From sequence record SRR20825006_1000: 60,457 bases of DNA. One strand, written 5' to 3'. The position numbers and the translations under genes are program-made. Below the pieces are notes generated by a model. That model did not search any database and was not told the origin of the DNA. It was given only the letters and a program-made list of their open reading frames with translations. Below, piece by piece: positions 27,829-37,618 of this stretch (its first letter is position 1; each line of letters opens with the position of its first letter).

Positions 27829-30066
27829 TCAGAAGTCAAAGTTAAAAGTTTTAATGATCACTCGCCATAAACGTGATCCAAGCGACATGGGGTCCACGTG
27901 AACCTTGGCCGCGCCACGGTATCCAGGTCGCAATGGCATTTCGATTCCATCGATCGGCACGCGAGCTTGATACGAAACACTACGAGGTTTGATTTGTCCG
28001 GTTTTGGGATCGATCTCGGTCTGCAAGCTGCCGCCGGTCTGGCTCGACATCGAAGCCGAGGCGGCTTCGAGTGGCTTCTTTGAGATCTCTTCGATTGAAC
28101 CGTGGAACGTTTCCAATCGCCGCGAATCAAGCTTCAGATCCACCTCTTGCGATTCGCGAACCAGTTGCCGGTCACCTTGATCGATGATCAACACAGCTTC
28201 GAACGCTTCGGGCGATCCAATCTCACAGATCAAATCATCCGCCGTCAGCAACGCGCCTCGGTTTCGTTCTTGAAGCGGTGTCCCACTCCAACTTGGTAGA
28301 CGCCCATCACCAGGATCTTGTTCCTTCTTTTCTGGTGGAGGAAGTACAAAACCATCTCGTTTGGCTCGCACAGTCAAACGGTCCAGTTCTTCTTGAGTCT
28401 TGGCAAGCAACGCTTCGATCGAGTCGAGCATTTCTTCCTGCGTTTCGATCTGAATCTTTGCCGACGCATCGTCCAATCGGCGTGACTTCAAGTTCGCTAG
28501 CTGCACCTGAGCGAGTTTGCGTTCACCGTGCAGGTCAGCCAAACGAATTTCGAGTTCTGGGTTCTTCAGCAATGCAATCGTGTCGCCGGTGCTGACAAGC
28601 GTCCCAACCGGCACGGTTTCCTCTACTCGTCCGACGACGCCGGCGTAAACCATCCCGGCGCGACTGGGACGAATTTCAAATGCCGCATCAATGTGGTGAG
28701 GCAATGGGATGTAGCACACCGCGGCGATGATCACGCCCAACACGGCGAGCGAAGTTAACAACGGCCCGCGTTTCACTTTTGACAATCTCCCAGGAGTGCG
28801 GATGAATTTCCACGTTTGAATGACGGGTTGAGCGACCAAACCCGAGAAGCCGATCACGGCCAAAATCCGTCCAAGTGCTTGCAAGCCGTAAGGCTCGAGA
28901 ACCTGCATCACAAACCATACGATCGAAAAGACCACCACCCAGCGATAAATCACACTGGCGACAGTGAACATTCCAAACATGAATTGGTTGCGTGTGGGCA
29001 GGAATGGATCGTCCTGCAATTCCAAACCCAAGCAAGTGGTTTGGAACCAACGCTTGAGGACTTCCGTGCTCTTTTGACGGAGGTTAGGGATCTCCAAATA
29101 ATCCATCATGATGTAGTAGCCGTCGAATCGGAGCAACGGATTCCCATTGACCAAAATCGTGCTGACGACGTTCAAGAACATCATGTTCAAACACAAGTCA
29201 TTGATCGTCGTCCCCGGCTCGCTGAAGAACCAAACGAACGCCGCAATCGACGCAAGGATCATCTCAACGTAGATCCCGCCGGCACCAATCCAAATTCGTT
29301 TCCACTTGTTGGGCAACATCCACGAGTCGGACACGTTGCAGTACAAGCACGGTGTGAACACCAACAGCATGAAGCCAATTTCGTGACACTCACCACCGAA
29401 TTTTTTACAACTCAAACCGTGACCAAATTCGTGAATAACTTTCACGATCGCCATCGTCGCGGCCAAGATAATCCAACGATCCGCAGCAAAGAACTGATGG
29501 AACGTCGGTAGTTTCGCGTAAACCGTTTGGTACTGCGTCGCCAGCAGCAAAGACGCCGCCAACAGCAACCCAGCGAAGAAGATCAACGCCGGAACGGTGA
29601 AGATCCATCCAAAGATCGGCAACATCCGATTGAGAATCTTCTCGGGATCGATCCCGCGAAAACGGACGGCGAAGACGTTGGACATCTTCCCCATTAACTC
29701 TTTGTTCTTTTTCTTCCGCCCGCGTTCTCGAAGCGACTTTCCTTGACCAGGCGAATTGCTGATCACCAAACCGCTGCGGTGCAACATTCCGATGAACTGC
29801 TGCAAATCACCAAACGTGATCTTTTGCGGTGCGAACCGTTGCTCAAAACCGTCTTTGATTTGCTGCAAACTGACATGCCCATCCAGCATGTTCAGGATGA
29901 AATACTCTTCGTCGTGAAAACGAAAGTACTGCAATCCCACCGGCTCTTTGACCACCCAATACCCTTGTCCTTGGTAGTGGTGGCGGCTGGCGGTCAAGTC
30001 AGGACGCCGGCGCACCGTCAGTGCACGTGACGAACTGCTTACCAGTGATTCAGCCAGAGTGGTCAT
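27829..30066 (-). CDS. M50 (site-2) metallopeptidase-like membrane protein fused to a C-terminal HlyD-like adaptor
   Basis: HEFGH and NGNPLLRFDG zinc motifs within a multi-TM region; C-terminal lipoyl/coiled-coil/beta-barrel pattern (LRPGYRG). Confidence 0.85.
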   Translation of the reverse strand: MTTLAESLVSSSSRALTVRRRPDLTASRHHYQGQGYWVVKEPVGLQYFRFHDEEYFILNMLDGHVSLQQIKDGFEQRFAPQKITFGDLQQFIGMLHRSGLVISNSPGQGKSLRERGRKKKNKELMGKMSNVFAVRFRGIDPEKILNRMLPIFGWIFTVPALIFFAGLLLAASLLLATQYQTVYAKLPTFHQFFAADRWIILAATMAIVKVIHEFGHGLSCKKFGGECHEIGFMLLVFTPCLYCNVSDSWMLPNKWKRIWIGAGGIYVEMILASIAAFVWFFSEPGTTINDLCLNMMFLNVVSTILVNGNPLLRFDGYYIMMDYLEIPNLRQKSTEVLKRWFQTTCLGLELQDDPFLPTRNQFMFGMFTVASVIYRWVVVFSIVWFVMQVLEPYGLQALGRILAVIGFSGLVAQPVIQTWKFIRTPGRLSKVKRGPLLTSLAVLGVIIAAVCYIPLPHHIDAAFEIRPSRAGMVYAGVVGRVEETVPVGTLVSTGDTIALLKNPELEIRLADLHGERKLAQVQLANLKSRRLDDASAKIQIETQEEMLDSIEALLAKTQEELDRLTVRAKRDGFVLPPPEKKEQDPGDGRLPSWSGTPLQERNRGALLTADDLICEIGSPEAFEAVLIIDQGDRQLVRESQEVDLKLDSRRLETFHGSIEEISKKPLEAASASMSSQTGGSLQTEIDPKTGQIKPRSVSYQARVPIDGIEMPLRPGYRGAAKVHVDPMSLGSRLWRVIIKTFNFDF

Positions 30067-30143
30067 GGGGCCAGGTGTCGATTGAGAAGGTCAGGAAGAG
30101 AAGAGCAGCGGGTGAAATCAGAAACGGATGAATGCGTCGGAAA

Positions 30144-31055
30144 TCATTGAAAAATGATTTCGGCTTCCATCCCTGGCTTGATCATCCAATTGCCGTTGCT
30201 GTCCTTTTGATTGTCCACGTCGACCCAAATGCGATAGCGTTTTTGACCATCGACTTCACTGCTGACAAATCCCAGCGGAGCACGTACTTCAAAATTTTGA
30301 TCGGGGTCTGCGGTATTGAAAACACGAACCAGAACCGGGGCACCGGCATGGACAGCACCATTGGACGCCAACGCGTCGATGTCGCCACCAACTCGAACTC
30401 GGTCAAGCTGAACCAGCGTTGCGATTGGCGAACCAGGTTGCACCCATTCGCCGAGCTGTGCGATTCGCATTTCGATGTATCCATCAAACAACGCGGTGAT
30501 GCGGCGACGGTCCAGTTCGAACTCGGCGATCTCTCGCTCACTACGCTTCGCGATGTACTGTGCCTCGGCAATCTTCTTTTGCATCTCGGCCAAGTCGATT
30601 CGAAGCAATGCACGAATGGCTTCGAGCACCTTCTTCTTCATCTCGTAATAAGGCGTGGCTCCCTTTTCGTAGAGCTCACGGAACGATTCCGCTTCGGCTC
30701 GAGCCAACTCTTCGTTGTTGCGAGCGTCCTTCAAGTTGACTTCGTTGGCCGCGTTGAGCTGAGCTTCCTTCTCTTCGGCCTTTTTGAATTCGAGTGCCAA
30801 TCGAGCGGAGGTGTCATCCACCAATGCAAGCAGATCGTCTTTGGCGACAGTCATCCCCTCTTCGATGGGCAGCTCAACCAATTTGCCTTCCACCTCGGCG
30901 GGAATATCAACCTTGCGGATGTATCGAACTTGGCAATACTCCGCGACCAACGGGGACTCACCCCTCAGGCTAGTTTGTGCCGTGGCAGGCTCAGTGCTGA
31001 TTGCGGCAACGCAAACGCCGGCCAATACAGCAACGATCAATCGCCAGGATTTCAT
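30144..31055 (-). CDS. HlyD/RND periplasmic adaptor (membrane fusion protein) with signal peptide (alternative start 31109)
   Basis: IPAEVEGKLVELPIEEGMTV, coiled coil, ITALFDGYI, GEWVQPG, IKPGM. Confidence 0.88.
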   Translation of the reverse strand: MKSWRLIVAVLAGVCVAAISTEPATAQTSLRGESPLVAEYCQVRYIRKVDIPAEVEGKLVELPIEEGMTVAKDDLLALVDDTSARLALEFKKAEEKEAQLNAANEVNLKDARNNEELARAEAESFRELYEKGATPYYEMKKKVLEAIRALLRIDLAEMQKKIAEAQYIAKRSEREIAEFELDRRRITALFDGYIEMRIAQLGEWVQPGSPIATLVQLDRVRVGGDIDALASNGAVHAGAPVLVRVFNTADPDQNFEVRAPLGFVSSEVDGQKRYRIWVDVDNQKDSNGNWMIKPGMEAEIIFQ

Positions 31056-31118
31056 CAATGGGATCTCTTGGTGGAGGGACAAGGAGAAGAGGTTCGAAAG
31101 AGAAGACATGGAAGAGAA

Positions 31119-33170
31119 TCAGAAAGCGAACTTGTAGGCCCACTCAAAGACCTCGTGCAGCAACACAAAGCCGCTAGCTCGTTTGCCACATTTGACGTCC
31201 GCAGTCAGCTTGGTGCCGGGACTCGGAGACAGCTTTTTCAGCGCCTCCAGATCAGGCAGAACTCGCATCTTGATGACCGAGCCATGCTCTTCGTTGGTTT
31301 CCGCTCGCAACGAGATGTTTTCGACCGGCAACTTGGCGGGCAACGGTTCGTCGGGGTTGGAAGCCAAGATGTAGTCGACATCGAGGGTTTGGACTTTGTT
31401 GTCGTGGATGAATTCATCCAAATGACCTTCGCGTTTTTCGGGCATCTCAATTTCGAGATACATCGGCTTGGATAGGTCAGCGATCTCCATCAACACTTGC
31501 CCCGTTTGGATCGGACGGTTGAGCAGCATCTTTTCGACTTCCCACGAAACAACAATGCCATCGATTGGCGAACGCACGACCAAGTCTTCAGCACGCTGTT
31601 CTTTCAGTTTCAGCTTCGCACGTTGTGCTTCGAGCTTGGTTTGAACTTCAACTTCTTCCAATTCGATTGCACGCCGTTCGGTTGCTTTCAATTGCGACCG
31701 ACTGCGGGACTGAGTTCGAATGCGTTGCAGTTCCGCCATCGTCGTTCGAATCTGGCCACGCAGATCTTCCAACTCGATGCCAATGTCTGGGTTGATCATC
31801 TTCACCAACGGATCACCCGCTTGGACGATGGAGTTGTGATCGACCAGCACTTCACGGACTTCGCCATCGATCCCCGCGAAGACTTCCCGGCGAGCTTCGG
31901 CTTTGAGTGTTCCGTCGGCTTCGAGGTCAAACTCCATCGGGATGAAGATCAACCCGCAAATCAAAGCGGCGATCGCACCGATCACTCCCAACGTTTTTGG
32001 CAGTGTTCGAGCTCGCAAGACCCAAGTCGCTCGTCCAAGCGTTCGCCAAACGGGCATCAAGAACAGATTCGAGTGAGCCTGCGAGTTGGCAATTGCACGA
32101 GTGCCGTGCTCGTAAACCAAATCGCATCGTTGACGGAAGATTTCAGGCGGGAGATCCGTTTCGATTTGCTCGACAATCAACGCACCGATCACTTCGCCAC
32201 GGTGGGCATCATCGCGATCGACTTCGCCGGCCGCACCCATCTCAGCTTCCTGGCCGAGTTTGCGTTGTGGCTCCCGCAGTGGAAGCACTGCAAGATTACG
32301 GCCATAGGAAAGGTCGACGTAATCTTCGAGAGCTTCTTCGATTTGCGGCGGCAAGTCTTCGGTGGATCCATCGTGCCACAGAGGTTCGCCAGCCGCGACA
32401 ACTCGCGTGGCCAGCACATTCAGGGCTGCAACGATGTTCGAGCGGTTTTCGATTGTGTCCTGGCCACTGATGGCCTCGACCTTGCACTTGCCACCTTTCT
32501 TGATCGCCACACTGACACGGTCGCACCCGATCAGACGCCTGCCTTCGTTGGCGACGATGGCGGCGGTCTCTTTCAAATCCAATGATTCGTGAGCGGCACG
32601 CGCGAACGAGTCTGCTTGTTGCCACAGCGTTTGACGATCGCCGAGTGTGCGGAGTTTTTGGCTGCGAAGCCATTCCGCAGCCAACTCGCACATCTGCTGC
32701 AAGAACCGCAGGTAGCCACGCTGTGTATCGGGAGCGGTATCGGGACGCTGGAAGATCTCGATCAAACCGTCTTTTTGACCGTCGTGTTGAAGGGCCCCCA
32801 AAACCAACAGGTAACGGGTTGGGTTGCCTTCTGCGTCTCCATCGGTCGTTCCGCTATACGGAGGAACGAGCAACGATTGGCCCGAGGCGGCAGCGCGACG
32901 GATCAAACGGTTGTGGCGATCGGCATCCTCGGTGCCTTCGGTCAAAATCGACGGCTCAGCGTTGATTTGATACTGCAACCGAAGTTGTTGATCCTCGTCC
33001 AACAACCACACCGCACCTCCGGCCGCAGCCAGGGCAGTGATGATTTTGCTCAGCAACTCCGGATAAAACTCCGAAGCGGTGGCACCGCTCTTCGTGAGAG
33101 CTGCAATTTCGTTAACCAAACCGCGGATCTGCGCTTTGGTTTCTTCGACCGTTTGTTGATTGACCGACAT
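31119..33170 (-). CDS. GAF-domain-containing HlyD-family adaptor
   Basis: Two GAF-like segments (ALAAAGGAVW...; IVANEGRRLIGCDRVSV), one TM helix, then VFAGIDGEV...VRSPIDGIV adaptor. Start MSVNQQ. Confidence 0.85.
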   Translation of the reverse strand: MSVNQQTVEETKAQIRGLVNEIAALTKSGATASEFYPELLSKIITALAAAGGAVWLLDEDQQLRLQYQINAEPSILTEGTEDADRHNRLIRRAAASGQSLLVPPYSGTTDGDAEGNPTRYLLVLGALQHDGQKDGLIEIFQRPDTAPDTQRGYLRFLQQMCELAAEWLRSQKLRTLGDRQTLWQQADSFARAAHESLDLKETAAIVANEGRRLIGCDRVSVAIKKGGKCKVEAISGQDTIENRSNIVAALNVLATRVVAAGEPLWHDGSTEDLPPQIEEALEDYVDLSYGRNLAVLPLREPQRKLGQEAEMGAAGEVDRDDAHRGEVIGALIVEQIETDLPPEIFRQRCDLVYEHGTRAIANSQAHSNLFLMPVWRTLGRATWVLRARTLPKTLGVIGAIAALICGLIFIPMEFDLEADGTLKAEARREVFAGIDGEVREVLVDHNSIVQAGDPLVKMINPDIGIELEDLRGQIRTTMAELQRIRTQSRSRSQLKATERRAIELEEVEVQTKLEAQRAKLKLKEQRAEDLVVRSPIDGIVVSWEVEKMLLNRPIQTGQVLMEIADLSKPMYLEIEMPEKREGHLDEFIHDNKVQTLDVDYILASNPDEPLPAKLPVENISLRAETNEEHGSVIKMRVLPDLEALKKLSPSPGTKLTADVKCGKRASGFVLLHEVFEWAYKFAF

Positions 33171-33402
33171 GGGCCTGTCTGACTGCTCGGGCGAGAAGGG
33201 GGCGGAAATGTCCAGTGGGCCGACACTACTTAAAAATCCGCTCAGATCGCCACTGGAAGTCGCTTCAAAAGCGGAGTTTGCATTCTTCGCTGGCGAACTG
33301 TGACGCTGGCATGGGAAACGCCGGTTGCCCCGGTCTTTCCCCCCAACGCGACTACTCCGACAACGCCGAAAACACAGAGAAAATCGATTACAACGATTCC
33401 CG

Positions 33403-33440
33403 CTGGACAACTTATACATTTTGTATAACCTCTTGTCCAG
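33403..33440 (-). promoter_or_regulatory. Sigma70-like promoter (TGGACA-N17-TATAAG) embedded in a 38-bp imperfect palindrome (putative operator)
   Basis: Plus strand CTGGACAA-C-TTATACA-TTT-TGTATAA-CCTC-TTGTCCAG; on the minus strand -35 at 33439-33434 and -10 at 33416-33411, spacer 17 nt. Confidence 0.65.
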
Positions 33441-33533
33441 ACTCATGTCGGAAAGTTCACGGAACTCGTTTTCGCGTTCACCGACCAATCCTCTCGCGAT
33501 TCTCAGACACGCACCTCCGCCTGGACGCCCGCT

Positions 33534-34100
33534 TTGGCTGCACCCGACGATCAACCCGACACATCCAATGGCGGATCCGCTGGCGGTGGTTCTTCAGAAT
33601 CCGACTTGGCCCATGAAAGGCCCACGATGCACATGGGGAAAAGCGAGCAACCAGCCGCCAGCCAACCTTCTGCACCCGAGAATTCCGAAACGGGGCAGAT
33701 GTTGAAATCGCTGCAATGGGAACTCAACCGAATCCAGCGAACCGTTCGATTGACGCTGCAATCAAAACTTCAGGGCTTGGTTGGCAAATCGCTCTCGTCA
33801 CTCAACGAAAACCGAGAACTTGCCAATTCCATCCAAAAGATGCTGGACACACATAGCCTTCGGATTCGATGCCCTCAGTGCGGACATGCGTCAATCTTGC
33901 GTGTCTCGCCGCGAAAGGGGATGCCAGGCGGAGCTTTTGTGCTCGATCACACCATTGAAGGCAAGCGTACGTTTCATGGTGGATCGTCTTCCGTCCCGCC
34001 GATTCAACTGACGGCAAAGCCGGAGCGAAAAGCAACGGCGACCGCCAAGACTCGGCCCCAACCCGCCGACGCGGGGGAGCTTCAGTCCAAGGTTGGCTAG
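33534..34100 (+). CDS. Hypothetical protein with a CxxC zinc-ribbon-like motif (start uncertain: 33534, 33627 or 33699)
   Basis: Helical region followed by RIRCPQCGH and downstream His residues; basic; divergent from the HlyD operon. Confidence 0.7.
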   Translation: MAAPDDQPDTSNGGSAGGGSSESDLAHERPTMHMGKSEQPAASQPSAPENSETGQMLKSLQWELNRIQRTVRLTLQSKLQGLVGKSLSSLNENRELANSIQKMLDTHSLRIRCPQCGHASILRVSPRKGMPGGAFVLDHTIEGKRTFHGGSSSVPPIQLTAKPERKATATAKTRPQPADAGELQSKVG

Positions 34101-34152
34101 CTCGGCTATCCCATTTCGCCCAAAAAGCCTACAAACGTTTCCCAAATAGCCC

Positions 34153-34182
34153 TTGCCGAATTTGGGTTCAGTCGATTAGGTT
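34153..34182 (+). promoter_or_regulatory. Candidate promoter for rplM-rpsI
   Basis: TTGCCG-N18-TAGGTT ending 45 nt upstream of the rplM GTG; weak match. Confidence 0.3.
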
Positions 34183-34227
34183 CTGCGATTCAAATTTTCG
34201 GTGCCCTTTTGTCAGAAGTTGTGAGCA

Positions 34228-34683
34228 GTGGCTGTTCAACGAACCTACATGGCCAAACCCGGCCAAATCGAAAAGCAATGGCATGTTGTGGATGCCAGCG
34301 ACGAAGTCCTCGGTCGACTCGCCAGCGATATCGCTGTCGTGCTGATGGGAAAACATCGTCCTGAGTACACACCTCACGTTGATTGCGGTGATTTCGTGAT
34401 CGTCACCAACGCCGACAAGATCGGCATGACGGGCAACAAGATGCGTGATCGCCACTACACTTGGTACACAGGCTACCCAGGCTTGCGTCTGGAAAGCTAC
34501 CAAGATCGCCATGATCGCAAACCGGAATACTTGCTGTATCACGCCGTTCGCCGGATGCTGCCAAAGAACAAACTTGCTCGCCAAATGCTGAGCAAGCTGA
34601 AAATCTACGCTGGCCCTGAGCACCCACACACCGCTCAGCAACCCGTTGAATTGGTTCGCACCAGCAAAAAAGCTAGCGCTTAG
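34228..34683 (+). CDS. rplM: 50S ribosomal protein L13
   Basis: WHVVDA..VLGRLAS, GKHRPEYTPHVDCGD, AVRRMLPKN, HPHTAQQP. Confidence 0.98.
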   Translation: MAVQRTYMAKPGQIEKQWHVVDASDEVLGRLASDIAVVLMGKHRPEYTPHVDCGDFVIVTNADKIGMTGNKMRDRHYTWYTGYPGLRLESYQDRHDRKPEYLLYHAVRRMLPKNKLARQMLSKLKIYAGPEHPHTAQQPVELVRTSKKASA

Positions 34684-34725
34684 TTCCCACACGCCCTCAC
34701 CGACCGCATCACGCGGGTCTGATCC

Positions 34726-35139
34726 ATGATTGCAGTTAAAAAAGACAAGATCAACGGCGACGCACTGGGAACAGGACGTCGTAAAAGCAGCGTTGCCCGA
34801 GTACGCGTTCGTCCAGGCAGCGGAAAAATCACTATCAATGGTAAGTCGATCGAAGATTACTTCGTCAACGACCAACATCGCTACGCGATCACTGAAACCC
34901 TCGAAGCCGCTGGCTTGACCGAATCGGTCGACTTGCTGATTCGTGTTTCGGGCGGCGGAATGACCGGCCAAGCCGGAGCCGTTCGCATGGGCCTCGCTCG
35001 TGCTCTGTGCAGCCACGATGAGGCTCTGCACGACCCGATGCGTGAAGGCAGCTTCCTGACGCGTGATTCACGCATGAAGGAACGTAAGAAACCAGGCCTT
35101 CGTGGTGCTCGCCGTGGCGTTCAGTTTAGCAAACGCTAA
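34726..35139 (+). CDS. rpsI: 30S ribosomal protein S9
   Basis: GTGRRKSSVARV, GGGMTGQAGA, LTRDSRMKERKKPG, QFSKR C-terminus. Confidence 0.98.
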   Translation: MIAVKKDKINGDALGTGRRKSSVARVRVRPGSGKITINGKSIEDYFVNDQHRYAITETLEAAGLTESVDLLIRVSGGGMTGQAGAVRMGLARALCSHDEALHDPMREGSFLTRDSRMKERKKPGLRGARRGVQFSKR

Positions 35140-35151
35140 GAAGGTTCAATT

Positions 35152-35373
35152 TTGGGTAAGAAAGAAGAAGCTTTTGAAGTCGAGGGCACCGTTACACAAG
35201 CCCTCGCCAACACTCGCTTTCGTGTGCAATTGGAAACCGGCAACGAGGTCATGGCCCATGTTGCTGGTCGAATGCGAAAGCACTTCATCCGGATCGTTCC
35301 AGGCGACAAAGTTCGCGTGGAGCTTTCGCCATACGATTTGACCAAAGGTCGTATCGTTTACCGCGAACGCTAA
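35152..35373 (+). CDS. infA: Translation initiation factor IF-1 (TTG start)
   Basis: [45 protein letters not shown]. Confidence 0.97.
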   Translation: MGKKEEAFEVEGTVTQALANTRFRVQLETGNEVMAHVAGRMRKHFIRIVPGDKVRVELSPYDLTKGRIVYRER

Positions 35374-35560
35374 TATCCGATTGCGTTGGCTGACGGTTTC
35401 AATCGCCGATTTGCTTGCCATTTCCAGACGTCTTTCCTCCAGAAACAGCGACCGATACAGTGGCCAAGCCCCACCGGAAAACGAAGAAAGCCAATCACGG
35501 CAAACGCCCCGCAAATGCGAAGGCACGCAAAGCTAAGCGGAAAAAAATCAAGACCTGATC

Positions 35561-36097
35561 GTGGCACGCAGCGAATTCATCCTTGATCCGGCTCTGCTGG
35601 ACGTTGACAAGCCAATCGCCGATATCGAAGCGATTCGCGAGTACAACCCGCAGCGGCACGAAATGGAACAACTGACCGCGATTCTCCATGAGGATCTCGA
35701 TCAGCACGCGTGCGCAGCTTACAAAGCGATCACCGAAAACGAGTTCTGGGTTCGCGGTCACATGCCCGGCATGCCGCTGATGCCAGGCGTCGTTATGCTG
35801 GAAGCGGTTGCTCAGCTGTCCAGCTACTACACCCAAAAACACGATTTGTTGGGTGCCGCCATGGTCGGCTTTGGCGGAGTGGACGAAGTTCGCTTCCGCG
35901 GAGTCGTTACCCCCGGCGACAATCTCATCGTCCTGGTCAAGCTCGAAAAAGCCCGCCGTGGACGCATGATCGTTGCCCGATTCCAAGGCGTCGTTGGTAC
36001 TGAACTGGTTCTCGAAGGTTGTCTGCGTGGGATTCCAATCCCAATCGAAGCGGTCACCCGACAACTGGGCGCATCCAAAGAATCCGCCGATTCCTGA
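35561..36097 (+). CDS. fabZ: 3-hydroxyacyl-ACP dehydratase, FabZ-like hotdog fold
   Basis: FWVRGHMPGMPLMPGVVMLEAVAQ (His plus Glu, FabZ-type); VRFRGVVTPGD. Confidence 0.8.
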   Translation: MARSEFILDPALLDVDKPIADIEAIREYNPQRHEMEQLTAILHEDLDQHACAAYKAITENEFWVRGHMPGMPLMPGVVMLEAVAQLSSYYTQKHDLLGAAMVGFGGVDEVRFRGVVTPGDNLIVLVKLEKARRGRMIVARFQGVVGTELVLEGCLRGIPIPIEAVTRQLGASKESADS

Positions 36098-36216
36098 GCC
36101 CTCACTACCATGGTGAGGCACGGCATCCGAGAAGTTCGAGCGAGCCAGCACTCCACGAAACTCTCATTCTGGACTCGGTCGCGTGGTTTCTTGCAAAGGA
36201 ATCTCGCAGCTTGCAA

Positions 36217-36238
36217 GCTCGGCGGCGAACCGCCGAGC
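36217..36238 (-). terminator. Perfect 9-bp GC hairpin 20 nt downstream of the glgC stop
   Basis: Minus strand GCTCGGCGG-TTCG-CCGCCGAGC (UUCG loop); lies between convergent fabZ and glgC; U-tract weak. Confidence 0.55.
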
Positions 36239-36258
36239 CTTCTCTTAGTCAAAGCTGA

Positions 36259-37542
36259 CTAACAGCTGAAACCGTTAGGGATCTGGCCGTCTTTGATCAC
36301 GATGCTGATACCATCGCGAATTTGCAGGTCATCGTCTTCACCTTGATGATCAACCTTGGCTTCGTTCAAGATCCGAACGTTTTCGCCAACGCGGCAATTC
36401 TTGTCCAGAATCGCACCTTGGATCACGCTTCCCGCACCGACGCCAACTGGCAATTTGCCGTCGCGTTCAGCGCCGCGCATCTCGATGAAGTCAGCTCCCA
36501 TTACAACGCTGTCCTTGATCGTTACGTTGTCGCCGATCACGGTTCTCAGGCCAATGACGCTGTTTTCGATCGTGACATTGTCGCCAATTCGGCAGCCATC
36601 CGCGATCAAACTGCCCGTGATCTTGGCATCGCCCATGATCGTTGGCGGCAAAAAGCGCGGCCGACTGTAGATCGGCGAATGACGGTTGCGAATATCAAAC
36701 GGTGGGTTCTTGCTAGCGAGCGATAGGTTCGCTTCGTAGAACGATCGGATGGTTCCGATGTCTTCCCAGTACCCATCAAATAGGTGCAACTGAACCTTGT
36801 GAGTGTTGATAGCTTCGGGGAAGACCTCTTTCCCGAAGTCGCTGTGCAGGCTGTTCTCGAGCATGTCGACCATCAGGTCTTTGTCGAAAATATACAGCCC
36901 CATGCTGGCCAACAAATCACGTCCTTGGCTTTCGATGCCGCGAGCGTCAATCCAGCTAGGTTCCATGCGAACCTTCGCGATCTCTTCTTCCGTTTGCGGC
37001 TTTTCGACGAAGCCGGTCACGCGTCCGGTATCGTCGACTTGCATGATCCCCAACGCCGAAGCGTCTTTTCGAGTCACAGGGATGCCGGCGATGGTCGCAG
37101 CGGCTCCGGACTCGATGTGAGTCTTCATCATGTCGCGAAAATCCATTCGGTACAGCTGATCGCCCGAAAGGATCAACACGTGTTTGATCCAGCTTTCACG
37201 CAAGTGGACCAAGTTTTTGCGGACCGCGTCGGCGGTGCCTTGATACCAATCGGTGCCGGAATTGACCGTTTGCTGAGCGGCCAACAGCTCAACGAAGCCA
37301 CCGCTGAAGTGGTCAAACGTGTACGTCTGCCGAAGGTGACGGTGAAGACTCTCTGACAAAAATTGCGTCAATACATAAGCGCGATTCAGTCCGCTATTAA
37401 TGCAATTGCTGATCGGAATGTCGATCAACCGATACTTCGCAGCCAAGGGCACAGCGGGTTTGGCGCGGATCTTTGTGAGCGGGAACAATCGAGTTCCGCG
37501 GCCACCGCCAAGAATCAACGCGATTGTATTGTTCAAGTCCAT
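36259..37542 (-). CDS. glgC: Glucose-1-phosphate adenylyltransferase (ADP-glucose pyrophosphorylase)
   Basis: [69 protein letters not shown]. Confidence 0.97.
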   Translation of the reverse strand: MDLNNTIALILGGGRGTRLFPLTKIRAKPAVPLAAKYRLIDIPISNCINSGLNRAYVLTQFLSESLHRHLRQTYTFDHFSGGFVELLAAQQTVNSGTDWYQGTADAVRKNLVHLRESWIKHVLILSGDQLYRMDFRDMMKTHIESGAAATIAGIPVTRKDASALGIMQVDDTGRVTGFVEKPQTEEEIAKVRMEPSWIDARGIESQGRDLLASMGLYIFDKDLMVDMLENSLHSDFGKEVFPEAINTHKVQLHLFDGYWEDIGTIRSFYEANLSLASKNPPFDIRNRHSPIYSRPRFLPPTIMGDAKITGSLIADGCRIGDNVTIENSVIGLRTVIGDNVTIKDSVVMGADFIEMRGAERDGKLPVGVGAGSVIQGAILDKNCRVGENVRILNEAKVDHQGEDDDLQIRDGISIVIKDGQIPNGFSC

Positions 37543-37618
37543 GATCACTCTCGTGGGATGACGTGCTAGTTAGTGTGAAGGATGGTGAATGTGAACGCTT
37601 GTTTCGGATCTGACTAGC

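Noticed and set aside
30132-32585. 447-aa and 362-aa plus-strand ORFs
   Set aside because: Antisense to the HlyD genes, with no recognisable domains.
34168-35031. 287-aa minus-strand ORF
   Set aside because: Antisense shadow of rplM-rpsI.
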